Below are positions 25,741 through 37,315 of a DNA stretch of 64,000 nucleotides, piece by piece (within the stretch, counting starts at the first letter, position 1; every line of letters begins with the position of its first letter). The translations under genes were made by a program, and so were the position numbers. The DNA is from Magallana gigas (Eukaryota): assembly GCF_963853765.1 (NCBI RefSeq), contig NC_088862.1:21700001-21764000 (forward strand), read 5' to 3'. The notes beneath the pieces are model-generated. The model was not told where the DNA came from. It worked only from the letters and a program-made list of their open reading frames with translations, and did no database searches.

Positions 25741-28700
25741 ATGTTGCGTGGATCATTTTTGTTGGTCACTTTGATTCTAGTGAGCAGTGATCAAATACAA
25801 GGTAAAATTATAAGAAAAAAAAGGGGCATTGTTGCGATTTTGATCATGATTATCTCTCCAATCCTAATGTTTACAATGCTGCAATAAGGCATTTTTAACA
25901 GGTAATCAAATTTGAGTGTCATTTGCTGGGTTCTAAGCAAATTTCATAGCTTACAATTATTTGCTTTGTAAACAAAGCTTTTGTTTACATTTTGAATTCC
26001 AGTTTTAGGCCTAAAATGGATGTGTTAAACGTTAAAATGAATAAGAAAACAGACTAATCAGCTTGAATAAGATTTTAAATGGTATATTAAACCTATGTAA
26101 ATAAAGACAGAACACTAGCTTTGTTTATGACAAAGAATTTTGAGCCCTATATCCTGCTTATAACTCTACGACTGTCTCTCAAATTTCATTTGATCATTGG
26201 AAAAGCATTCCTAAAGCATTGTAAATAATCAAAACAGAAAAGTAGAATTTGACCAAAATCGCGTGTCCCTCTCCTGGATCGATATAGAATTTCGCTCTGT
26301 TACACAGTTACATTCGTCAAATCCAATCGATTTAATACCAAATATATTAATTACTTCAGTGAAAAACCTAGTAAATTTGTTTGATCAAATTGACAAGAAA
26401 AGAAAGCATCTTTAGTGACGTAATGTTCTTTTCTGGAAAAAAAGATCTGCTTCTGTTACAAATTGAATTACCAGAAACATTATATATTAACAAATGTACC
26501 ACATAAAAACAAAAAAACACTGAAAAAATATCTTTACACTGCATTTACAATGTTCTATTTTTTTGCGTTTTGTACATAAACTTTAAATAAACTCATGAAA
26601 CAAATCAATAAAAAGTCGGTACAGTGTCCTTTCTGATACTATATTTTCCTAAATAAAATATACAGGACTTTGTGTACTGTATTTTATTTGTTAAAATGGA
26701 TTATTTCAGAAAGGATTTCAATGGTAAATTTTATTTTATCATACAAAAGAAATATACTGTAAAAATCAAGAAAAAATGTTCAAAATTTACTCTACCCAGT
26801 CTGTACTTATCTTCTGTTTTACCTGGTTAATTGACTGAATACGGAAACTGACGCGAACATGTAATTGAAAATTTTGACAATTCGAGCCATATGCCTTTGG
26901 AAATTATATGGACATTTCACACAATTTAAAAAAAAAAATCTCTCCATTTTTTCTGATTTTTGAACGTGTAAGGCGCGTATTTGACTTTATAGTTGAAGTC
27001 AATATTATATTTTGGACATACAATCATATATAGATATCGATTAATGATGCAATCATTGATTGGGGTAGAATAGCCATATAATTAATACTTAACATGGTTC
27101 TCTCGATTGCTTCATTTGCTTTATCATTTACATATTGCTTAAAGGTGGTATGGGACATATGTCGATATTAAAGCTGAACATTGCTCGTAAATAGGCACCG
27201 TCACACAAATACCTGGGGCTCGAAACATAAGCATGCTTAGATTTTGACTTAAGTAGGGTCATAAGAAGGATGGAATCTAAGGACCTAGATAAGTCCTGCT
27301 TAAGTATGTCTTATACCGTAACCTAAAGCAAACTTAGCAATGTCTCAGCAAGACTGCTTGTGGCGTAATATCGAGATGCCGTTAGAACTTGATAGAATAA
27401 TATAGTGGACTTCTTTTTATCTATGTTCTACATCTTATCTCACCAATACGACAATTCACATACTATGAGTATAATTTCTTCATAATAACGATATACATTG
27501 TTACAGTAATGAAATTGGGCAATCGTCGTCTTTAAAATCATTGAGGGTTTTTTGTCTTCAAACGTATTTTTCTGCAATTTCTCAAGTTTTGCGAGTTTTA
27601 CATATATGCTAGTAGTTACTTCTTGTAAATTGACAATTACGTGTTTACAACCTATTCAACAGCCCAGTTGGATACTATGTGGAAAATGTTACAGCTTATT
27701 ACAACCACTGTTATAATTTTTGTCAGTTAAATCAAAACTTTTATATTGGTGAATATTAAGATATTTCTTTTGTGTAAATGTGTAATTAATGAACTGTTTA
27801 GACGTGTGTGCCTTATATAGGGATGGTAGTTACATCAGTTATGAAAAAGAAATATGGCGGACAGTGCCTATTTACGAGCGGTGTTCAGCTTAAATGTGGA
27901 TAAAAGTTCATTATTATCAAAATACCTTCACCTTTTTTGATTTTTCAAATTTCACAATATTAAACCAAATTATGTTTTAAAAATATTTGGAAACGTAAAA
28001 AAATCTGAAATCCCCAGCGGAATTAAAACTTGTGAATTACAGATTCGTAAAGAAACCTCTAACCCTCTGGGCAACGCTGTTTATGAGAGTTTTTGGAATA
28101 AAACTACTGGTAAAATTACACTTTAAAAGTTATTGTTAATTTCAATGAATAGCGCGTCACAACATGGAGGTTACCAATACCACCACAAAGTCATTCTACA
28201 TTAAAAAAAAAATCACACTCTAACTATTTATCTTACATTCTTATTTTATCTTGTATTTTCAGTTGTTATTTTTCCTTAACTATAAATGCTGTGTAATGCA
28301 AAAAAAAAATGAAAAACGTTCATAATTTTATCTTTGATAATAAATAAGGTAACAGTTCCACATGCAGTTATCCGTACAGAATTATTGGAGCCAATTGCTA
28401 TTACATCAGCACTGACACAGCGACGTGGGATGACGCTTATGTAAGTTTATAGGGCCTTCTGTTGCTTTTCACGTAACTTGACTTTACTCAAAAAGGTGGA
28501 ATTGACTTAAGTTCTTGTCTTGGTGATTTCTTGAATTATTCATTTATAAAAAGTCTGACGTGGATTTGTTTTTACTTTTTAAGTTGTGCTTAAGGTCAGA
28601 CGACACATTCCTCGATTTCCGATAACTTTTTCTAGGAATCTGTTATTGATTTACTACCACTTTGACAAGCTTCCTTGCAAAAGATTAAGGTACCTTAAAT

Positions 28701-30350
28701 ACCAGACATATCTGCACGATACTAGAGTATGAAATTTCCTATAAAATCTTCTTGAAAATACACTCGAATTGCTGATTAAAATGTTTTGGGTATATACATT
28801 TATATTTGTACAATTTCATTCATTTTAAAATGATAATAAATAATTATATTTTATTATATTATCATGCCGTTGAAAATTTGAAGAATAGTTATCATTTTGC
28901 GAGGAATGTGTTGTCTGACCTTCAGAATATATCACCGAATATTTCATTATCCTCCTATTTAAATTGAAGCTTTTGTTTTAGGTTCATTGTTTACACAGAG
29001 GAGGGTATTTGGCAAACCTAGAGACTTTTAATGAATTTATGATCCTACGCTCCTGGCTTAGTGGTTTAAATAATGGTAATTATACAAATTGAAATGATTG
29101 ATCTGAACATAGATTATAATGCATGTATAAGCTCAGATTAAGAGTCCCGGGTCTCTGAGTCGCCCACCTCTGTATGAGGCATTGCTTACGCACAATATAC
29201 ATGGCTTTAAGGTTACAAAAGTAAAATAGATGGAACAAGCATTACATGGCTAAATTGCAGTATCAGGGCCTTCATTGCAAACACAGCTAGGATCGCCAAA
29301 TATGACAATTTCTTGATAACTTGTTTGTATATTTTCAAATTGGATTTTACTGTGCCCGAATTCCCTACCTGATTAATTAACATCATTCAAGACTTAGGTT
29401 GTTGTAATGCAGGTTTTGAGTCTTACGCCTGACTATGACGCATTGCTTACGAACAATATTAAAAGGTCATTTATAAAAGTAAACATGAGTTCATGGTTTA
29501 AAAGGTCATAAAGGTTATATAAAACATGCCATACATAACTCAGTATAGAGTACCAGAGCTATCGATGCAGACACAGAATCGCCAAATATGACAACTTATT
29601 TACGAACTCCCAATTTGGACATTTCTGTCCCCGTATTATGCACCTGGTTGTACAACATCATTTAGGAATACTACGCAATGGTACAAGAGTGACAGAGTTC
29701 ATTCTGTTAGTTATCATTACCACAATTCATTGCGCAGTATCTAAGTATATATAAGTATCATAATGATCAATTTGTAATATTAACAATTCAAGGTCATAGC
29801 ATGGCTATCTGGTTACATATTATGTAAAAAATTCATAACATGATTTTTGAAGAAAAAATCATTAATACCAATTTAATTTGTCTATAAAAGAACATAATTA
29901 AATAACTTTCGATGGTCAGAGAGGCCAACTATAGTAATGCACATTACTCTTAATTTTCGGAACCATCGTAAATGAACGCCGTTAAGTATTATTATGATAG
30001 TATTATAGCGAAGTGTCCACAAAATCTACTTTTGACTAAATACAAGTAAGCTACAAGGAATGATTTGTCAATTTTGCTTCCATACAATACGTCACCTTTC
30101 ATTATTTCAATAACTTTGCAAAAATGTTTTAGGTCAATCCTATTCGATTGGAGGGCGTAAAAAGGATGGAGTTTGGGAATGGGTGAGGAATGGCCGCTTT
30201 TCCAAGATGTCCTATTTTGTGTTCAGTCCATCGGAACCAAATGGTTCAAAATCAAAACCGGAAAATTGCGCAGCAATTGCTTCTGATTTACATTATTATG
30301 TTTATGATTTCAGCTGCAATTCTGTAGTAAGGTATATTTGTGAAAAATGA
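25741..30350 (+). CDS. C-type lectin copy 4 (secreted, 154 aa, EPN motif); exons 25741-25801, 28349-28440, 28982-29075, 30133-30350
   Basis: GT-AG introns, same phases. MLRGSFLLVTLILVSSDQIQG-NSSTCSYPYRIIGANCYY..TWDDAYVHCLHRGGYLA..YSIGG..SEPNGSKSKPENCAAI..DFSCNSVVRYICEK*. An in-frame upstream ATG exists at 25735. Confidence 0.92.
25823..26270. mobile_element. Degenerate copy of the 8928-9420 Kolobok-like element in intron 1 of copy 4
   Basis: Starts AGGGGCATTGTTGCGATTTTGATCA, ends near TTTGACCAAAATCGCG; internal alignment to the intact copy. Confidence 0.7.
27172..27890. mobile_element. Non-autonomous DNA transposon, 719 bp, AG...CT ends, TTAA/TAAA flanks
   Basis: 31-bp TIR AGCTGAACATTGCTCGTAAATAGGCACCGTC vs AGCTGAACACCGCTCGTAAATAGGCACTGTC (28/31). 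The empty site is visible in the copy 3 region (GTCGATATTATTGTGGAT, ~21352). Confidence 0.88.
28594..28920. mobile_element. Non-autonomous DNA transposon, 327 bp, GG...CC ends, TTAA/TTCA flanks, in intron 2 of copy 4
   Basis: 21-bp TIR GGTCAGACGACACATTCCTCG (20/21); absent from the matching intron of copy 3 (~22060). Confidence 0.85.
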
Positions 30351-30952
30351 AAAGTCAATATACTTTTTACTTTTTTAACTAATCCTTTTTTTATGTTGTG
30401 CATATCAGTCGAATAAATAATTACAATTACGTTATCGCCGACGTAATATTCTTTTAATGCAGCACTGGTAATGCTTACTACAGAAATATGAACAGAATAA
30501 TTAAACTTGCATATGTTTCTGCTTTGTATAGAATTCATCATTTATTAGAATAAATACCAAAGAAAAGGGCTCAAGTTTAATATTTTTTTTACCTTTGCTT
30601 AACATTTACACATTCATTCTATAAAATTCATCGATGCAGCAGCACTTTTTAATAAATAAAAATACCCCTTAATTCATATTAAAGAAATTATCAATAATAT
30701 ATAATATTGATCTGTTAAGTGTGCCTTTCTAAAAAGCGCAATTAGATGCCAAACACACCGACCTTTTGCATTAACACACTAGATAAAAATAATATACGCT
30801 CTAAAAAATAATTGCGATCATGCCGGATCAAAACAAGCAAAAAATAGAATTTAATCGTTTAATAATTATTTAAAGATAGTTCTACTTTAATTTACGAAAT
30901 GGATTTTTCCAATTTTAAGAATTGATTAACGTCCATGTACCTTGACATAAAT

Positions 30953-32662
30953 CGCAACTAAAAAGTTTACAGTGATATAAAGACGTTGAACGTTTTAGAA
31001 TGAGTTTTCAAACTTTATTCGTGAGTATGAACATGAGCAAAAAGTATTAAATAAGATAATAAATCGAGCTCTACAATATTTCATCAATAAACCAGATTAC
31101 AATTTTATGGCATTATCACTCATACACCTGCTATCATGCAAATATACAAGTAAAAAATTAACAATCATTAACGCTTGATATCTTTACAGCAAAGATTGTA
31201 CTGAAATTAACTACATGGTTTGTTTAACACAAGGGCTCTTATTATTACTAATTTACTGATGGAATTAAATGCCATCAGAAAGAAGCTGTGGACATGTTGA
31301 ATTTTCACTGATTCTGGAGATTAAAAGAGAACTAAGTAGGTTAGTTGTTGAGCATATATGTACCCAAGAGAACAATCATACTCTTAACAAAAGCAATTTG
31401 AAATAGACACAATTTTATCAATGCTCAGACCTTCTTAAAAATAATTGGCATTCGACAAAAAATTATGAAATTTGACATAAGCTGAGAAAGTGTATTAAGT
31501 CTAAGACTCTTAAAATTCTACACAGTTGCATAATATGAACATAATCAAGTTTGAACCAACAATAAGTTTCGATGAATCGAAAAAACAAAATAATGCTGTC
31601 TTTGACAGTTTAAACCCCTGAAAAATGTAAATTACCGAGGAAAAGAAAATACAAATATCATTAGTGAGTAGATCTCCATGATAAACTCAAACTAGTTTCA
31701 TCATCCGAGTAGCACTACATATAACACTTTTCTGACAAGTTCTTTTAGCCTATTTTTGTTAAAATCTTCATTAATATTTCACAATGCAAACAAATATGAT
31801 AAAAATAATTTCGTGTTCTTGAATCAGGTATTGCTTTTTTTATCAATAAGTTGTGTAAAACATTACGTTAATACAAATTAAGTATGTTTGCATTTGAAAA
31901 ATGTAAATTAAAATTATAATAAATTGTGTAAAACTATATACTATAAGTATTGCAAGATAATGTATCATATGTACAAATCTTAAAGCCCTTGTTTTACTAT
32001 GACTGTGTTTGCATAGAATATATATATTGTTACCTAAACCATTTTACTGACTGTATTTATAACAAAAAAGGACTTCCCTAAACATATCGTCAGATAATTA
32101 TATATAATATATCATTTAAGTTATTTTCCTCTTAGGTCAACAAACACTAACATGGCATAACACGTATTATATAACTACTGAATAGAGGAAAAATATGATA
32201 TTCATTTAAATATTCAATCAGTCATATAAAAAAACAATGTATGACAATGATCATTGGTGAACAAGTGAAAGCAAACACAATCACAAAGTGAAAGTCCACA
32301 AACAGAAAGTGAAAATTTATGAACAGAGAAAATGAATGATCCAAAAGCATCAAAAACTCATATCAAAAGTTTTAGATGTGTACATTAATTGATTTTACAA
32401 ATGTACATGATAAATGACTAAAACAATAATTGATTAAAGAATAAAGAAAGCACTGTTAAACACCATTCCCAAAAGCTAAGGATGATGGGTTAAATATGTC
32501 ATTATGTTCCTTTACCAAAGGATTTTTCCCCTCATTGGAAAACATATGGTCGCAAGGAGATGACTTATATCTGGATTTTTTTTTCAATAAAAAGAAGATA
32601 GTTCTATCAAAATCAAGACGGGTCTTCAAACAAACACTTATGGTATGACAAGATTCGTACAG
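30953..32662 (+). repeat. 1.7-kb direct repeat, copy A
   Basis: Co-linear with 37316-39039; e.g. about 7 mismatches in ~330 nt starting at 31201/37566 (by-eye count). Confidence 0.95.
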
Positions 32663-33280
32663 TGGGAAGTCAAAGTTAACAAATTAAGTATATGCCCCTT
32701 GAAGATGATTCTTCTAAGGACATTTTCTTAAATAATAACTAATAAATCATCACTTTTACCATTATTTGTGACAAAGAATCAAAATTAAACGTTAATCATG
32801 TTCAAATATATCATTTCTGGGTGAGATTCATTTGCTAAACAATTACAAAACTTGGTCGTTTATCTTCTTATGAAAAGCATTTTAAAACGCAAACAAAATA
32901 ATTTGTTTTCCAAATTTTCTAACAAATAAAACAAAATTCACAACGCCAATTCATATAGATCAAAAGCAATACACTTGATTAAGACATGAAATAAAACGTC
33001 GATGTCATCAATTTCGGAGCCTTGCCTTAAAAAAGTTAAAAAATTTATTGATATTTATCTTTTGTCTCTGAATGCATGAGCCACTGTCAACATTTTGACC
33101 ACTTGCTAAGCATCAAGATATTGATGATATTCAAAAAACGTAAGTGACATTAAGTAAAATTGAATACATGTATTTTGAACTGGGGCGTTAACTGTCCGTA
33201 TTGGACAGTGAAAAATTAATTAGAGTTTATCTCCAATATTACTAAATGCGTTTGAAATAAATAATAGTTTTTATCTTATT

Positions 33281-34318
33281 TACGAGGGTTGTTCGGAAAT
33301 TATTGAGACATTTTCTCTTATTCTTTTAGTAAAAAAGATAAACTCTTGAAATTTTACCAAAACGTAAATCAGGATAGAGTTTATCAATGTGAAAAGTTTC
33401 TTGTTCATGGCATGAATAGATAATTCCTAGTAAGCTGACCAACGTGCCTTCGTCCTGTAACCCGGCGCAACCGCAAACTTTTAACGCTTCTTATTGCTCC
33501 CGTGTTTTAAACACCTTACAAACGAACTGAAATAAGAATTATTCTTTATTTCTCATCTTTTGTTTTAATTTCCAGATGTCATCATTTACATTTTCTCTCA
33601 TTCTTATTTTTTTAGAGAAAAAAATCCAGTTATTTTTACCCGAAAGTCTAATTACTGTGAATGTCTCCTGCAGTAATTTTTTTTTTTACATATTTTAGAA
33701 CTGTTGACAACAGTTAGTGTGTCAAAAGTTGTTAATTAATCCCTTTGGCCTAATTCTAGTTAAACAATCAGTGAAAAAAATATGATGAACTGAAGTTCTA
33801 TACCTTGTCTTGTCATCGTATAGTTTTTTACGCAATTGCGTGGCTTTGAAAGGTCTTCTTCTGAGATTTCCACCAGTTTAATGGTTTTCGTTGCGCCGCC
33901 TTGACATCAAAATTCAATGTAAAGTCGTTGTCAGATTTTTATTATTTGGTAAATATATGTGTACCATATCCGTATTTCAACTCAAACATCAGTGAAACTT
34001 AATCAACAGTTAGTCGCAAAGAATAGCAAAATGAACAAATTTAATTTGATTTCTTTTTTTCATTAACTGTATTTCTACGGACACTTATAAAGTAGATGTT
34101 TAAGTTGTTTAATCTCCGAGTTCATAGCTGCGCCGGGTACCCCGCCCACCGACTTGTTTATCTACTGTCGTAAACAAAATATTAAATTTTCTTTTAATAT
34201 TACTTTGTTTTATTATTTGTTGGTGTTTCTTCAGTGTCTATGCCAATTTTCACCAAAATTCGTCACTTAGAAAAGAAAATAATCGATTTGTCTCAATAAT
34301 TTCCGAACAACCCTCGTA
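33281..34318. mobile_element. Mariner-type non-autonomous element, ~1.04 kb, TA-flanked
   Basis: Perfect 30-nt inverted ends TACGAGGGTTGTTCGGAAATTATTGAGACA / TGTCTCAATAATTTCCGAACAACCCTCGTA. Confidence 0.88.
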
Positions 34319-34793
34319 GCTTAATAAAAATATTGTTGTCTTCACATACGTCAATTGAATACCACATTCAGTAAATAGCTTTAATGTTGCGTTTTATTAT
34401 GGTGATGATTAAACAGAAGCACGTTCGCAATTATCAAATAGAAGCTCGGGAGAAAATATAGCTATTATTTGGATAAACTATCATATTCATACTGTGATGT
34501 CATCAGTGCCTTGTTCAGTAAAACGTAAAAGTGATTAGACAATCATAAAAACCTCTCTGATTTTGTACAATAACTATGCAGGGCATTTTCTAAACAGTAC
34601 AGAAATAAACAAAATGATAACTTTGGTATATGGGTATTATTTGCACGTATTACTAGCATGAAAGCTGTATTACATTTCATTATAATGGTTGTTAAATTTG
34701 AGTAGTTTATATAGACATGAATATTATTGAGCTTTGTATTTAATGTGGTATTGTGTTTTACCTTTATTATTTCTTCATTAATTTTAGTTGAAA

Positions 34794-36894
34794 ATGGGAT
34801 TCACATTATTTCTTTTGGTGATTTTAATTCTTATTAGCAGTGGCCAGCTACAAGGTAAGATATTAGTGAAAACGGCATTTTATTCTTTCTTTAACTGTTA
34901 TTAAACTAACTTATTTGACTTAAAGTGCTCCGCGAGTACACGTTTTTAACTAGGTTGGTTAATTTTTCTTAAAATATTTAAAACTATTTTAATAACTATC
35001 AACAATTTAAATTAACATTTTTATTGGACAAGTGAATTTGAGGTAGTTAAATGACTTTATTCTGATTGATGTTTATAGATAAAGAAAACCGGTTTGGGAC
35101 GAAATTATAGCTCTTTTCGTAAAACTTTATAGAGCTGTTATTTTAATTAACTAAATTTCTTATATTAACAGTTGTATTAACCTTAAACTTAAAATATACT
35201 ACTAAATGAATAAAGGATCAATAAATGGTACAAATACTTTTTATCCATCGGAAATTTCTTTTATATTCATGTTCTTTGCAATGCAAACTTTTTGTAGATT
35301 TCTTTTGAAACGTTAACACAATAAAAAGGACGTTTCTTTGACTTTTTCCATACCTGTAAAATAAATAGAATTTGGACGTATTTTCAATGTATCGCAAAAA
35401 GTAACAAAAGCACGAATGTTTAAATAAATCCTATTTGTATAAGCATTCTGTTGGCATTATAAAAATAAAGAAAATTGATGTTTTCAAACATTGTTCTAGA
35501 AAAACACTTCTTTTCATATTGATAAATTTAAGGTATCTAAGTCCCTTTACTAGCGTCGTATTGGACAGAAGGTTATACAATCTGAAATTTTTCATTTTTT
35601 AAAATAAATACTAATAAATCAGGTGACAGTTCTACATGCAGTTACCCGTACAGACAGATTGGATCTTATTGCTATTATTTCAGCACAAATACAGCATCTT
35701 GGGATGAAGCTTATGTGAGTTTATTTTGTTTCTTTAAAACCTAAATCTCAACAAATTAGCAGTTGATGTCTTAATTTTTTTTTAATGCTACCAATTAATG
35801 TGATGATTTTACGTATATGCTTATTTGACATATTGATGACTTTGATAAGTGTCAAGCAAACCGTCACATTGTCATTACATTTTAGTTATAATGAAGATTT
35901 GTTTCAGCTTAATTGTTTACATAAAGGAGGATATTTGGCAAACTTAGAGGCTTTCAATGAATACATGATCTTACGGTCTTGGCTTGCTGGTATGNNNNNN
36001 NNNNNNNNNNNNNNNNNNNNNNNNNNNNNNNNNNNNNNNNNNNNNNNNNNNNNNNNNNNNNNNNNNNNNNNNNNNNNNNNNNNNNNNNNNNNNNNNNNNN
36101 NNNNNNNNNNNNNNNNNNNNNNNNNNNNNTCAAATGATATAAAGTTCATTTAAACTAACCAACACCTATATACATAAAAAACTAAAACGAGTTAAAATAT
36201 TATTTCTACTTTCAAACGAAAATGTGTTCATATAATGAACGATTTCTTGTTTGAAATAAGGTATCTTAAAAAAGACTTTTTCCATTCATGTGCATGCACA
36301 AAATGATTTTTTTCAAAGCATCATACTTAACTTTGCATTTGTTCTCAATGTGTAAACAACAAAAAATTATTTAATTTAGTGTTTTGCTGGAGTAAATCAA
36401 TTTTTTACTTCCGCTCAATGGAATCGGTGATTAAACGGTTTGTATTCTTTACATTGAAAACGGCAACTTAGGTCAGAAATAAGAAAACTGAATATTTAAA
36501 AATTAATATATTATATTAATTATTATAATACCTTTTAGATGATCGCAAAATCAGTACATTTGCATTGATTCCTCTTTGTTTAATAACGAATATTTAAATG
36601 GATGCTGACATAGTATTCATCAAAAATATAATTTGCTGAATTTAAGTACATTACAATTCATATTGTAACACTATTATAGGTCACCATTATTCAATTGGAG
36701 GACGTGATATTATGGAAGGAGATTGGAGATGGGTTAAAAATGGTACATTTACGAAGATGTCTTATTTTGCATTTGGACCAACGGAACCCACTGTTTCAAA
36801 ATCCCAAAAATGTCTTTGGCTTTATGCTGGTTACAATTATAATGTCATTGATGTAAGCTGTAGTTCTAAAGCCAGGTATATTTGTGAAAAATAA
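34794..36894 (+). CDS. C-type lectin copy 5 (secreted, ~153 aa, EPT motif); exons 34794-34854, 35623-35714, 35908-(runs into gap), 36680-36894
   Basis: MGFTLFLLVILILISSGQLQG-DSSTCSYPYRQIGSYCYY..SWDEAYLNCLHKGGYLA..YSIGG..TEPTVSKSQKCLWL..DVSCSSKARYICEK*. The 3' end of exon 3 is hidden by Ns. Confidence 0.85.
35995..36129. other. Assembly gap (135 N) overlapping the end of lectin copy 5 exon 3
   Basis: Run of N. Confidence 1.
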
Positions 36895-37315
36895 ACGAAT
36901 AATTTCGTCAATTTTTTTTTTATCACTGTGCATGATATTTGTAAATAATTTACATTTTGTATACATCATCTCCAGTAAAAGAAGGAATTTTTTAAAAAAG
37001 ATTTGGCCCCTTTGACTGGGGTTCATTGAATTACGTAATTTCCTGATTCTCCGATAGATGCTGCGTCATATTTTAATAAAGAATGGTCTTCGGTTGTTGT
37101 TTTTAAAAAGATTAAATTTATTCAGAATTTCACGATTCACGCATGAGACGCAACGCCAAACGATAAAAAAAAATGTCATTTTAGCACTGAGAGATAGGCA
37201 CGTCTCTTAATATTTATTCTGCTATGTATTTAAAAGTACGTATGTTCTGTGCATAAAGTTCAGTTGTAGACTTTATAATATATCTTTGATATAACCACAC
37301 GGAGGAGCGATTAAT

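Noticed and set aside
35785-36153. 122-aa and 81-aa ORFs
   Set aside because: Intron plus lectin exon 3 plus N-run; only 35908 onward is coding.
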